Shown in pieces: positions 1-9,798 of a stretch of 64,000 nt of DNA. Source of the stretch: a virus. Lineage: Duplodnaviria > Caudoviricetes. Each line of letters starts with the position of its first letter. Position 1 is the first letter of the stretch. The translations under genes and the position numbers were made by a program. The stretch spans positions 1,526-65,525 of IMG/VR virus record IMGVR_UViG_3300033076_001518; one strand, given 5' to 3'. Under the pieces are notes generated by a model. The model made no database searches, was not told the origin of the DNA, and saw only the letters and a list, made by a program, of their open reading frames with translations.

Positions 1-119
1 CGTCCGAACGGGTCCAGGCTTTGAAGGACGCCGGCACCTGGGACGACCCCAAGCTTCGCGCCGACGCGATCCGTCGCTATCGGCAGTACGATGCAGAGCA
101 GGCCGCCCAGCGCCGCTGA
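1..119 (+). CDS. 3' end of probable scaffolding protein (partial)
   Basis: Frame 3 reads SERVQALKDAGTWDDPKLRADAIRRYRQYDAEQAAQRR* (TGA 117-119). It lies upstream of the capsid cluster and resembles C-termini seen there in related podoviruses. Confidence 0.55.
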   Translation, partial: SERVQALKDAGTWDDPKLRADAIRRYRQYDAEQAAQRR

Positions 120-165
120 TTCATCGCAGCTTTCCATTCACTTCTGTCCAAGGAGTACTGACAAC

Positions 166-765
166 ATGGCCACCTCCAAGCCCCGCCGCAACGCTCTCGG
201 CGCCGCCGATCCCCGCGAAGACACTCGCCTCCATCACGACCCCGCGACCGCGGTGCGTGGGGCGCGAGGAATCGCCGAGGACCAGGCGCGCACGTCCGAC
301 GCCGGCACGGCGCTCACTGCCGAGCAGCTGAGCAGCATGATCCGCGACGAGTTTCGCCAGGAAGCTCTCCCGCGGGTCCCGGAACTGCCGGGCTGGCACC
401 TCTGCTGGCTGTCGACCACCAACAGCTACGACCCGATCCACAAGCGCATGCGCCTCGGCTACGTGCCGGTGAAGGTCGAAGAGCTCGCGGGGTTCGAGTC
501 GATGCGCATGAACTCGGGCGAGTTCGCGGGCTGCGTCTCCTGCAACGAGATGCTGCTGTTCAAGATCCGCTCCGAGCTGTACCTGGCGATCATGGACCAG
601 TTCCATCACCAGATGCCGCTCGAGGAGGAGGAGAACCTCCGCAGGCAGCTCGAAGGCGACGGCATGACCGACCGTACCGGCAAGCCTCTTGTCGGCGCGA
701 CCGAGGACAGCGACGGCCTCGCCGAACTCGGCAAGAAGCGCGCGGGTCAGTTCGCGGTGCATTGA
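166..765 (+). CDS. conserved hypothetical head-region protein
   Basis: ATG 166 within ORF 91..765; GWHLCWLSTTN...RMRLGYVPVK segment; lies between scaffold and capsid genes. Confidence 0.7.
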   Translation: MATSKPRRNALGAADPREDTRLHHDPATAVRGARGIAEDQARTSDAGTALTAEQLSSMIRDEFRQEALPRVPELPGWHLCWLSTTNSYDPIHKRMRLGYVPVKVEELAGFESMRMNSGEFAGCVSCNEMLLFKIRSELYLAIMDQFHHQMPLEEEENLRRQLEGDGMTDRTGKPLVGATEDSDGLAELGKKRAGQFAVH

Positions 766-826
766 AGCGCCGAACGTCCAGGCCCGAGCATCTCCCCTCT
801 TCACTTCACCAAGGAACCAGAAACCC

Positions 827-1396
827 ATGAGCGCCTCTCTCGCTCCCTTCGGTTTCCGGCCCGCGTTTCACCCGTCGGGTCTGGACCGTGCCATGAAGTT
901 CACCATCGCTGGTGGCTATGGCAGCGTCATCTACAAGAACATGCCGGTGAGCCTCAACACCAACGGCACCATCGTCCAGGGGGCCGCCGCGTCGGACCTG
1001 CTGGGCGTGTTCCAGGGCGTCGAGTTCATCGACGGCACCGGCCGCCCCGTGCTGAGCAACTACTGGCCCGCAGGCCAGGCGGTTCAGGCCGGCTCGGTGC
1101 CGACGGCCTGGGTGTACACCGACCCCGCGATCGTCTACGAGGTTCAGGCCGACGGCTCGATCCCGCAGACCGCGATCGGCGACCAGGCCGACGTGAGCAA
1201 CGTCACCGCCGGCTCGACGTCCACCGGGCTGAGTGCGGCGACCCTGTCGGCCACGCTGGCCGGCGCGGGCGTGCAGGGCCAGTTCCGCATCGTCGACTTC
1301 GGTCAGCAGCTCGACAACCTGCCGGGCGACGCGTTCACCATCGTCCGGGTGCAGATCGCGCGGCAGCAGTTCGTGGCCAACAAGGTCGCGGTCTGA
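827..1396 (+). CDS. putative capsid decoration/minor head protein
   Basis: ATG 827 after AAGGA; Gly/Ala/beta-rich 189 aa (APFGFRP...GVFQGVEF...YEVQADG) immediately upstream of the major capsid gene. Confidence 0.65.
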   Translation: MSASLAPFGFRPAFHPSGLDRAMKFTIAGGYGSVIYKNMPVSLNTNGTIVQGAAASDLLGVFQGVEFIDGTGRPVLSNYWPAGQAVQAGSVPTAWVYTDPAIVYEVQADGSIPQTAIGDQADVSNVTAGSTSTGLSAATLSATLAGAGVQGQFRIVDFGQQLDNLPGDAFTIVRVQIARQQFVANKVAV

Positions 1397-1439
1397 CGCT
1401 CACGAGCTGAGCTTCCAACAGGAAAGGAATCGAAAGATC

Positions 1440-2459
1440 ATGGAAACCCTCTTCAAGCTGCTCCCCTGGGCGTTCTTCGCTCTGGCGCTGGGTGGCATCA
1501 TGGCGGCGCTGGCCGCCGCGATGGACTACCGCACGCTCGTGAGCCCGGCGGCGCCGATGCGTTCCACCGACTTCCGCTCCATCGTCGAGCCCATCCTGAA
1601 CCAGGCCTTCGACGGGGTGTACGATCTGCGCCAGGACGAGTACAAATCGATCTTCTGGGAAGGGCCGGGCATCGCGCGCGCCTACCACGAGGAGCCGGTG
1701 CTGTACGGGTTCGGTGCGGCGCCTGAGCTGCCGGACGGCATGCCGGTCACGTACCAGCAAGGCGGCATCCTCTTCAACAAGCGCTACGTCTACAAGGTGT
1801 ACGGCCTGGCGTACGCGATGACGAAGGTGCTGGTCGAGGACGGCGACCACGTGCGGCTCGGCACGACCTACGCCAAGCACCTGGCGCAGTCGCTGATCGA
1901 GACCAAGGAGACCAAGTGCGCCAACGAGCTGAACCGGGCGTTCAACGGCTCGTACGTGGGCGGTGACGGTGTCGCGCTCTGCGTGAACAACCATCCCATC
2001 ATCGGCGGCACGCTGAGCAACCTCCTGACCACGGCCGCCGCGCTGTCCCAGACCTCGCTCGAGCAGATGCTGATCCAGATCCGCCAGAGCAGGGACAACA
2101 ACGGCAAGAGCATCCGCCTGAACCCGAAGAAGCTGGTGGTCTCCCCCAGCAACATCTTCCAGGCCGAGGTGCTGCTGAAGAGCGTGCTGCGCGCCGGCAC
2201 CAACAACAACGACATCAACCCCGTGAAGTCGATGTCGGTGCTGGACGCCGACCCGGCCGTGCTGAGCCGCCTCACGTCGCCGACGGCCTGGTACGTCAGC
2301 ACCAACGCTCCCGAGGGGCTGAAGGTGCTGACCCGGCGCAAGCTCGAGAAGTCGATGGAAGGCGACTTCGAGACCGACAGCGTCCGCTACAAGGCCACCG
2401 AGCGCTACGAGACCGGCTGGACCGACTGGCGCGCCCTCTGGGGCACCCCCGGTGCCTGA
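1440..2459 (+). CDS. major capsid protein (Mu gpT-like family) with hydrophobic N-terminal extension
   Basis: AAPMRSTDFRSIVEPILN, LNPKKLVV, DFETDSVRYKATERY motifs; AGGA about 11 nt before ATG 1440; strongly biased codon use. Confidence 0.9.
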   Translation: METLFKLLPWAFFALALGGIMAALAAAMDYRTLVSPAAPMRSTDFRSIVEPILNQAFDGVYDLRQDEYKSIFWEGPGIARAYHEEPVLYGFGAAPELPDGMPVTYQQGGILFNKRYVYKVYGLAYAMTKVLVEDGDHVRLGTTYAKHLAQSLIETKETKCANELNRAFNGSYVGGDGVALCVNNHPIIGGTLSNLLTTAAALSQTSLEQMLIQIRQSRDNNGKSIRLNPKKLVVSPSNIFQAEVLLKSVLRAGTNNNDINPVKSMSVLDADPAVLSRLTSPTAWYVSTNAPEGLKVLTRRKLEKSMEGDFETDSVRYKATERYETGWTDWRALWGTPGA

Positions 2460-2499
2460 TCGCGTGGCGGCCCGCTGAGGGTCGTACGCGTACCGCCTG

Positions 2500-2546
2500 G
2501 CGACCCGCGCACCGAGTGTTCATGCACCGCGCGGGTCGCTGTTTCT
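2500..2546 (+). terminator. putative intrinsic terminator after capsid gene
   Basis: Perfect 11-bp inverted repeat gcgacccgcgc (2500-2510) / gcgcgggtcgc (2529-2539), followed by tgtttct (weak U-tract). Confidence 0.55.
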
Positions 2547-2575
2547 CCTAGAAGCTCTTTCAAGGGAACTTCATC

Positions 2576-3325
2576 ATGCAGATCTCCGACGACATCTTCC
2601 TCGGACCCGCGATCGCGAACGGCCAAGGCATGCTGGAAAGCGCGTCCGGCCCTTCGCGCATGGCGCAGGGTGTGGGCCCCATGGGCCGCGTCTTCGTCTG
2701 GGACTTCGTCCCGCTCACGCTCCAGGCGGCGGGGCTCGCCACTTCGCAGAACCCGGGCTCTGGCGCGTCGTTCTCGCTGGCCGCCGGCACGGGCGTCACG
2801 GTGCGGACGTTGCCGGACGGCACGCTCTCGTACGTGCTGGACGTGCCGCGTTGCGTCACGATCACCGCCGCGGGCGCCAACACCGCCACGTACCGCGTCG
2901 AGGGCTACGACCAGTACGGTCAGTTCATGACCGCCAACGTCGCCGCCCCCAGCACCAGCACGGTCGCCACGACCAAGGCGTTCAAGGAAGTGACCCGCGT
3001 GGTCAACACCAACGCCGCCGCCGGCACCAACGGGCTGACCGTCGGCTTCAACAACACGTTCGGCCTGCCGATCCGGGTGACCGACCCGGCCTACCTCGTT
3101 TCGGTGAAGTGGGACGCCACGCTGGCCGACAACGCCGCGACCTTCGTCGCCGCGGTGACGACCGATCCCGCCACGGCGGCGACGGGCGACGTGCGCGGCA
3201 CCATCGCGTTCGCTGGCAACGCGGCCAACGGCACGCGCCGGGCGGTGGTGGCGATCGCGGTGCCGGCGATCGGCTGTGGCCCGAACGCCACGCGCGTGGG
3301 CGCGTTCGGCGTGACGCAGGCGTGA
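2576..3325 (+). CDS. virion structural protein
   Basis: 249 aa, Ala/Thr/Gly-rich and beta-rich; directly after the capsid gene; capsid-like codon bias. Confidence 0.7.
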   Translation: MQISDDIFLGPAIANGQGMLESASGPSRMAQGVGPMGRVFVWDFVPLTLQAAGLATSQNPGSGASFSLAAGTGVTVRTLPDGTLSYVLDVPRCVTITAAGANTATYRVEGYDQYGQFMTANVAAPSTSTVATTKAFKEVTRVVNTNAAAGTNGLTVGFNNTFGLPIRVTDPAYLVSVKWDATLADNAATFVAAVTTDPATAATGDVRGTIAFAGNAANGTRRAVVAIAVPAIGCGPNATRVGAFGVTQA

Positions 3326-3332
3326 GGCCCGC

Positions 3333-3650
3333 ATGAGCAGCGCTGCGCAACAGATCGCGCGGACCGGCATCGGCAACAGCGCTGCGCTGGCGCTGGATCC
3401 GAACACCGTGGGTCAGCCACCCACGGTGATGCTGATCCCAGGCGCCGGGGCCACCGTCACAGCGCAGGTGACGCTGGACGACCCGGCTTCGGGTTCAGCC
3501 GTCTGGGCCGCAGCGCCCACCGCGGCTTTGGTCGGAGCCACGGCGACAGTGGTCGCTTCGCTGGGGCTGCACGCCCGCGCGGTGCGGTTCAACCAGTCGG
3601 TAGGGGCTTCGGAGTCGACGATGAAGGTGCTGACGCCCGGCATTCGCTGA
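3333..3650 (+). CDS. hypothetical structural protein
   Basis: 105-aa ORF tightly packed in the virion operon. Confidence 0.6.
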   Translation: MSSAAQQIARTGIGNSAALALDPNTVGQPPTVMLIPGAGATVTAQVTLDDPASGSAVWAAAPTAALVGATATVVASLGLHARAVRFNQSVGASESTMKVLTPGIR

Positions 3651-3674
3651 GCGCAGAGAAGGAGAGGTTCTCTC

Positions 3675-4682
3675 ATGGCGTCGAGCCTTGCGGATACTTC
3701 CAAGACCGTCGGGCAGACGGTGCTCGATGTCACCTCGGTGATCGAGCATGCTGTGCGCCGCTGCGGCGTCTCGGCCTCGATCATCACGGCCGAGCAGCAG
3801 ATGTCGGCGCGAGAGAATCTCTTCCTCATTCTGTCGAATCTGGCCACCAAGGGCTTGAAGCTCTGGTGCGTTCAGAAATTGACTGTCGCGCTCGAGGCCA
3901 ATCGCTACGAGTACGCCATGCCGCCCGGCACGGTGGACGCGCTGACGGTGATGTACCGCCGAGTCGCCAACCGGTATACGTCCGCGACGGGCTCCTTGGG
4001 GGTCAACGCTACGACGCTGGCCGCCCCAGATACGATCTTCAGCGTGACCGTGGCCCTGCCGACGGCGGGGCGCTACGATCTCGTGTTGGAGTACCTGGAC
4101 GGCGCCACGTGGGTCGCAGTGGGCGGGGCTACCCTACAGAACGTGCCCGGCGTGTCGTACGGGCTCGACGCCACGAAGTTGGTTTCTGCGACTCAGTGGC
4201 GCGTTCGCGACACGTTCAACCCGACGCGCGCGTTCGGGGCCGCGGTGTTCATGTCGAACGCGGGGCTCAGCGATACGGAGATCAGTAAGTTGTCGCGAGA
4301 CAACTACGCGCTTCTGCCGAACAAGACGTCGACCTCGCAGTGGCCGCTGCAGTTCTGGTACGACAAGCAATTCGACCAGCCCCGCATGGTCTTGTGGCCG
4401 GTTCCGGCCTCGGACTGCGCGATGCGCGTCTACCTCCAGCGGCAAGTGCAAGATCCCGGGGCGTACACCAACGCTATCGAGGCGCCGCAACGCTGGCTCG
4501 ACGCGGTGATCTCGCTCCTGGCGCCGCGCGTCTGTCTCGAGCTGCCGGCCCAGATTGTGCCGCCGGGTCGTTACGAGATCCTGACCGGCATCGCCGAGAA
4601 AGCCGAGGCCGAGGCTGCGGGCTCTGAGAGCGATGGGGCCCCGATCACACTGGCGCCCCGCATCGGGAGCTACACCAGGTGA
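3675..4682 (+). CDS. putative head-tail adaptor / tail tubular protein A-like
   Basis: DVTSVIEHAVRRCG...LILSNLATKGLKLW N-terminus, FWYDKQ...VLWPVP core; GAAGGAGAGG ribosome-binding site. Confidence 0.6.
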   Translation: MASSLADTSKTVGQTVLDVTSVIEHAVRRCGVSASIITAEQQMSARENLFLILSNLATKGLKLWCVQKLTVALEANRYEYAMPPGTVDALTVMYRRVANRYTSATGSLGVNATTLAAPDTIFSVTVALPTAGRYDLVLEYLDGATWVAVGGATLQNVPGVSYGLDATKLVSATQWRVRDTFNPTRAFGAAVFMSNAGLSDTEISKLSRDNYALLPNKTSTSQWPLQFWYDKQFDQPRMVLWPVPASDCAMRVYLQRQVQDPGAYTNAIEAPQRWLDAVISLLAPRVCLELPAQIVPPGRYEILTGIAEKAEAEAAGSESDGAPITLAPRIGSYTR

Positions 4683-5602
4683 GCCTCTTCCTCGACACCC
4701 GCGGGCTGCCGACAGTCGGCATCGGCATCTGCGATCGGTGCAAGATGAAGGTGCCGTTGGCGTCGATGCGGAACGACGGCAACTCTCCTGGGCTCCGTGT
4801 GTGCGACAAGCCTGGGTGCTGGGATCACTTCGACCCGTGGCGCTTGCCGGCGCGGAAGACCGAGGATATCACGCTGAGGTACCCTCGGCCGGAAGTCGAG
4901 CTCATCCCGCAGCCGCCCATCAGCATCTTCGAGCACATCGGGGTCGCAGCGGACGGGGTCGTCTTCTCGGACAGCGCGCTCTCCGTAGCGCCGACTCCAG
5001 TCGTCACGGGCCGCGCCAACACGCCGAAAGCGTTCGTTGCCTCTTACCCCGTGAACCTCCCCGCGGCGGCGCCGGGCGAAGTGCTCGTTGTGGCCCATGC
5101 CTCTCAGAGTGGCGGCACGTCTTACGGCGCTACCGGTTGGACGAAACTCGTCGAGGATGGGTCGTCTACCGCGCTTCGACTCACGATTCTTGCCCGAGTC
5201 GCCACCGGCGGCGATTCCTGCGTTGTGACGGGCGGCGGTTCGCTTTGGCAGTACGCCAGGGCTTTCTCTATCGCGAATTGCGGCTCGTTGGCGAACATCT
5301 ACAGCGCGATCGCCTTCAACGGAGCTGCGCCGCCGGATCCGCCTTTGTGCGCGCCGGGGGTTGGAGTCCAGAGCTTCCTTGCGCTGGCAATCGGAGGCCA
5401 CGACGGCATTCATAACGCTACCGCGGCGCCGGCTGGGTTCAGTCAGCTGTACGGTCCTGGACCAAATGGACAAGAGATAGAAGTCCTGGTCTGCAGTGCA
5501 GAGCGCGACGTCGTTGCTTCGCAAGAAGACCCGGGTCCGTTTACGATGTCGAGCGGCGTGGGGCTTCTGACCGCGTCCGCCACGATTCTCCTCAGGGGAT
5601 AG
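4679..5602 (+). CDS. Cys-motif (ICDRC...VC..GC) virion-associated protein fused to a C-terminal beta-rich domain
   Basis: GTG start overlaps the upstream stop (GTGA); N-terminal ~75 aa carries CxxC...CxxxC, followed by a ~230-aa extension. Confidence 0.6.
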   Translation: MSLFLDTRGLPTVGIGICDRCKMKVPLASMRNDGNSPGLRVCDKPGCWDHFDPWRLPARKTEDITLRYPRPEVELIPQPPISIFEHIGVAADGVVFSDSALSVAPTPVVTGRANTPKAFVASYPVNLPAAAPGEVLVVAHASQSGGTSYGATGWTKLVEDGSSTALRLTILARVATGGDSCVVTGGGSLWQYARAFSIANCGSLANIYSAIAFNGAAPPDPPLCAPGVGVQSFLALAIGGHDGIHNATAAPAGFSQLYGPGPNGQEIEVLVCSAERDVVASQEDPGPFTMSSGVGLLTASATILLRG

Positions 5603-5603
5603 C

Positions 5604-6986
5604 ATGCCCGCCACCTACATCGATCCTTTCGGCGGAGGCGTCGTCCGCCCGTCCCCTGTCTCCTATCGCTCGCTTGTAGCGGGAGTGAACCCGCTGCAGC
5701 TCGTGTGGGCTGGGTACGACGAATCCTCGTATTATGTTGCGAGCAAGATCGACGTCACCAGCGCGCTTTCTGGGCAGATCATCTACCTTCCGCCGGCGAA
5801 CGTTGTCTCGGTAGGGGAGTCGATCCTTTTCTCCAACCTCTCATCCGAGACCATCGAGATCCAGACTTACCAGTTCGTCACCGTCGGCACCATCGCGCCG
5901 GGGGCCTCGCGACTCGTATACCTGGTCTCCAACACGACGGAAGGCGGCGCGTGGCGGACGGTGCTCTACGGCGTCGGGTCTGGCTCGCTGGACGCCGCTG
6001 CGATTGCGGGAGCTGGGCTCGAGGCGTCCGGCGCGTTGGTGCGACTCGACTGGCCCGTCGAGTCGAAGACCACGAACTTCACCGTTGACGCAACTTACCG
6101 CGCCAAGACCCAGGTGTGGCAAGGTGGGACCGGGACCGCGTCGTTCGACTTCGCTTCGGCGCTTGGCAGCGGGTTCCTCATGGGTATCCGCAACCAGGGT
6201 ACGGGTGCGCTGCTTCTTGACCCTGCTTTTTCCGACTTCATCGACACGTTCTCGGCTGGGTTCGTGATACAGCCCGGAGATTCTTGCCTCGTCTACTGCG
6301 ATGGGGGCGTCAATCTCTGGACTATCGGGCTCGGGCGTAAACTCCAGTTCAACTTCACGCGGCTCGAGAAATCAATCTCTGGCAGCGTCGCGCTGACGTT
6401 GAACGAGGCCTCCAACGTCGTACAGGAGTACACCGGTTCGCTCGCGGGCCCAGCTACGATCACGCTGCCGGGAACGATCCAGGTCTACTACGTAACGAAC
6501 TCGACTCTCGGCGGGTTCGCGCTGACGTTCACGTGTGGTGGGCTCACGAGTCTCGTTGCCGCGGGGGCTTCGGCCGTTCTAGTCTGCGACGGCATCAACG
6601 TTCGGCAGATCGCTGGCGGCGGACTCGTCGCAGGCGAGGGGACGTTCACTCCCACGGTGCTCGGAGCGACGACCGCGGGCGTCACGACCTACACGAAACA
6701 GGCTGGCGTCTATCAGAAAATCGGCAGCTGGGTGCATTTCCAGCTGGACGTACGCTGGTCCGCCGCCACCGGCACCGGGCAGCTCATCGTCGATGGGCTG
6801 CCGTTCCCCATCGCAGCTTCCCCGGCTGCGCAGTCGTTCCCGGTATTCAGCCAAGGTGCTGCAGATTTGTTCGCGCAAGGGCGGACTGGGACGCAGATCG
6901 ACTTCTTCAACAACAATGCGTTCACTCAGTTCGCGATAACCGGCACGGGAAACCTGCGCATTTCCGGCTCGTATTTGGCAGCATGA
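5604..6986 (+). CDS. tail fibre / tail structural protein
   Basis: 460 aa, beta-rich with repeated LYCDG/LVCDG segments; C-terminus (GVYQKIGSWVHFQL...GLPFP) resembles fibre tips. Confidence 0.6.
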   Translation: MPATYIDPFGGGVVRPSPVSYRSLVAGVNPLQLVWAGYDESSYYVASKIDVTSALSGQIIYLPPANVVSVGESILFSNLSSETIEIQTYQFVTVGTIAPGASRLVYLVSNTTEGGAWRTVLYGVGSGSLDAAAIAGAGLEASGALVRLDWPVESKTTNFTVDATYRAKTQVWQGGTGTASFDFASALGSGFLMGIRNQGTGALLLDPAFSDFIDTFSAGFVIQPGDSCLVYCDGGVNLWTIGLGRKLQFNFTRLEKSISGSVALTLNEASNVVQEYTGSLAGPATITLPGTIQVYYVTNSTLGGFALTFTCGGLTSLVAAGASAVLVCDGINVRQIAGGGLVAGEGTFTPTVLGATTAGVTTYTKQAGVYQKIGSWVHFQLDVRWSAATGTGQLIVDGLPFPIAASPAAQSFPVFSQGAADLFAQGRTGTQIDFFNNNAFTQFAITGTGNLRISGSYLAA

Positions 6987-6993
6987 GTTAGCG

Positions 6994-7146
6994 ATGGCGC
7001 GCGGCAAGTTTCAGCATGAGCTGGGGCTCATTCGCAGCAGAAAGAAAGCGAAACGCGCGCATTTCAAAGAGGTAGCAAAGAAGAAAGCCGCAGCGACCCT
7101 CAGATTGAAGAAAGAGACCAGAAAATGCCAGCCGCCGCAGTCATGA
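6994..7146 (+). CDS. small, very basic 50-aa ORF (absent from the ORF track)
   Basis: Hand translation MARGKFQHELGLIRSRKKAKRAHFKEVAKKKAAATLRLKKETRKCQPPQS*; fills the gap between two structural genes. Confidence 0.4.
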   Translation: MARGKFQHELGLIRSRKKAKRAHFKEVAKKKAAATLRLKKETRKCQPPQS

Positions 7147-7766
7147 CCTACGACTCTTTGGTGTCGTCCATCAAAGAGTACTCCGACAAGACGAACGACG
7201 ACGAGCTGATCGCCGAGATTCCGAACCTCATTCTTCTCGCCGAGAACGAAGTCGCGACAGATCTGAAGGTGCTCGGTAACGAGCTGGTTGTGCAGGCAGC
7301 GCTGACGATCGCCGATCCCATCGTCGAGAAACCGTCGTACTGGCGCAACACCGTGAGTTTCACGATAAACTCCCCAGACGAGGGTTGGCGTCCGGTTCTG
7401 AAACGTACGCTCGAGTACGTGCGCAACTACGCCCCCGTCAACACCATCGCTAGCCGAGGCGTGCCGCGGTTCTACGCCGAGTACAACGTCAACAATTTCC
7501 TTCTCGCGCCGGCGCCCGCAGGCGGCTACGACTTCGAGTTGGTCTACAACGCGCGCCTCGATCCACTCAGCAGTTCGAACCAGACCAACTGGCTGACCGC
7601 CAACGCGCCGCAGCTCCTCCTGTACAACTGCATGAAACACGCACAGTTGTTCCTCAAGAACTACGGCGAGTCCGATCGCTGGAGCGTTCAGTACGTCGCC
7701 GCGCTCACCTCGATGACGGCCGAGGATGCCCGCCGCAGCTCGGATCGGACCACGCAAGAGAGCTGA
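7125..7766 (+). CDS. podovirus adaptor / head-closure protein
   Basis: YDSLVSSIKEY...IPNLILLAENEV, G.PRFY, NWLTANAPQLLLY pattern; precedes the nozzle-like gene. Confidence 0.7.
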   Translation: MPAAAVMTYDSLVSSIKEYSDKTNDDELIAEIPNLILLAENEVATDLKVLGNELVVQAALTIADPIVEKPSYWRNTVSFTINSPDEGWRPVLKRTLEYVRNYAPVNTIASRGVPRFYAEYNVNNFLLAPAPAGGYDFELVYNARLDPLSSSNQTNWLTANAPQLLLYNCMKHAQLFLKNYGESDRWSVQYVAALTSMTAEDARRSSDRTTQES

Positions 7767-7771
7767 CCCCT

Positions 7772-9562
7772 ATGCCTCCGCCGCAGCAAAACGAAGCTCC
7801 TCCGCCCGCGACCGTCTTCCCGCTGCGGACCAAGCCAGGGGTTCGTCGCGACGGCACGGTGCTGGATAGCCAGTTCTACTCCGACGCAATTTGGACCAGG
7901 TTTCAGCGTGGGCTGCCGCGTAAGATGGCGGGCTACAAGCTCATCGCGAACACGCTAGAGGGCGCCCCGCGAAGCGTCTTCGTCTCGGCGGGTACGACGA
8001 TCAACGCAGCCCATGTTTTCTCGACTCGTGGCGTCGACAAGGTCACATTCGACATTCACGGTGGCGGCGGCGGAGCGACGTCTCGCAGCCCCTCGCCCGC
8101 GATGACGTTCAACGACCAGGTGAACTGGCAGGCGACCTCGCTTTTCGATTCTGGCGGTAGCGGCCAAGTGTTTCTCATCGCGTCCGCCGCGTACGACGCC
8201 GAGAACATCGCCGACGAGACCCCCGGCGGGATCTACTATGGAGGGCTCGATGCGGCAACGCCGCTCGTCCCCGTGGCGGACGGCTCGGGTCCCATCACCA
8301 CGGCGGGCGGAGTTTGCGTTCTTCAACCGTTCCTCTTCGTTTACGGCGCTGACGGGCTCATCAGAAACTCTAACGCCAACGACATCTCGGTCGCGACAGG
8401 GTGGTCTGGCGGTTTGACCAACACAGCGAATGTGGCCGCCACGAAAATCGTGAAAGGCCTCCCGATGCGCGGGGGCGGCCAGTCGCCGGCGGGGCTTTTC
8501 TGGGCACTCGACTCGCTCATTCGGGTGACACTGGTCAACGACGGCACCGTGGTGTGGCGGTACGATAGCATCTCGACCGACATCTCGATCATGGGCAAGA
8601 ATGCTGTGGTCGAGTACAACGGCATCTTCTTCTGGCCGGGGGTCGATAGGTTCTTCATGTACAACGGCACAGTTCAAGAGTTGCCGAATGACATGAATCT
8701 GAACTTCTTTCTCGACAACATCAATCGGCGGCACGCCAACAAGATGTTCGGGTTCAAGGTGCCGCATTTCGGCGAGATTTGGTGGGTGTTTCCATTCGGA
8801 GACGCGACCGAGCCGAACCACGCGATCATCTTCAACGTCCGCGAAGGCGTTTGGTACGACACGCCGATCGGCCGTTCCGCGGGCGCCTCGCCTCAGGTTT
8901 TCCGCGCTCCGGTTCTCGCTGGCGGAGATGAGCGCCCTTGCCAGATCGCACGCGTTCTTCTCAGCGGCATCCTCGCAGTAGGCCAGAACGTTCAGGGTGC
9001 GACTTCGGGGGCCCAAGGGCGTGTTGTTCGGGTTGAGGGAGCCGCGAACGACGAGATCTACATCGAAAACACAAGTGCGGCGCGGTTTCAGCTCGATGAG
9101 ACGATCGTCACAGTGGCGTTTGCGGGCGGTTCTGGGCTCATCATCGGGCTCGAGACGACGACTTTGAACTCCATCTGGATGCACGAGACCGGTACCGATC
9201 GTGTCTATCTCGACGAGGTCACCGCGATCCCCTCTGCGTTCGAGACCGATCGTTTCAATTTCATGTCGGGCGGCCCAGGTGGCGGCGCTCCCGCAGGGCC
9301 GAACGTTCAAACACGGATCACTCGCATCGAGCCCGACTTCGTCCAGACGGGCGGGATGACGGTCACGGTTCGTGGCACCAGCTACGCGAACAGCCCAGTC
9401 GTGACCTCAGAGCCTTACGTTTTCGACCCTTCTACGGAGAAGATTGATCTTCGCGAGCAGCGCAGACAGCTCTCGCTGCGGTTCGAAAGCAACGTCGCGG
9501 GCGGTGACTACCAGATGGGTCACGTTCAGATCACGCTCGCGCCGGGGGACGCGCGAGGATGA
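7772..9562 (+). CDS. tail nozzle / tubular protein B-like (stabilisation protein)
   Basis: 596 aa, beta-propeller-like composition; RFQRGLPRKMAGY, FFWPGVDRFFMYNGTVQELP, EIWWVFP motifs. Confidence 0.75.
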   Translation: MPPPQQNEAPPPATVFPLRTKPGVRRDGTVLDSQFYSDAIWTRFQRGLPRKMAGYKLIANTLEGAPRSVFVSAGTTINAAHVFSTRGVDKVTFDIHGGGGGATSRSPSPAMTFNDQVNWQATSLFDSGGSGQVFLIASAAYDAENIADETPGGIYYGGLDAATPLVPVADGSGPITTAGGVCVLQPFLFVYGADGLIRNSNANDISVATGWSGGLTNTANVAATKIVKGLPMRGGGQSPAGLFWALDSLIRVTLVNDGTVVWRYDSISTDISIMGKNAVVEYNGIFFWPGVDRFFMYNGTVQELPNDMNLNFFLDNINRRHANKMFGFKVPHFGEIWWVFPFGDATEPNHAIIFNVREGVWYDTPIGRSAGASPQVFRAPVLAGGDERPCQIARVLLSGILAVGQNVQGATSGAQGRVVRVEGAANDEIYIENTSAARFQLDETIVTVAFAGGSGLIIGLETTTLNSIWMHETGTDRVYLDEVTAIPSAFETDRFNFMSGGPGGGAPAGPNVQTRITRIEPDFVQTGGMTVTVRGTSYANSPVVTSEPYVFDPSTEKIDLREQRRQLSLRFESNVAGGDYQMGHVQITLAPGDARG

Positions 9563-9798
9563 GCCTTCTGTCCTCGTACGTCGACCCCTACACCACGCCT
9601 TTCGAGCGCTGGGCAGCGGAGCTATGCGAGCAGTTGGCGAGCTATAATCCACCCTACCCTGGACCGGAAGCCGCATGGGTTTCGTGGGCCGAGCAGCTGT
9701 CTGCGCTGCCAGCCCTGTCTACGTTGGCAACTCCGCTGCCCCGTTCGTTCTCTTCTTGGCGGGTCTGGGGCGCGGCTCTGATGCAGGTAGCCGCATGA
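9559..9798 (+). CDS. hypothetical protein
   Basis: 79-aa Trp-rich ORF coupled by ATGA overlaps on both sides. Confidence 0.65.
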   Translation: MSLLSSYVDPYTTPFERWAAELCEQLASYNPPYPGPEAAWVSWAEQLSALPALSTLATPLPRSFSSWRVWGAALMQVAA

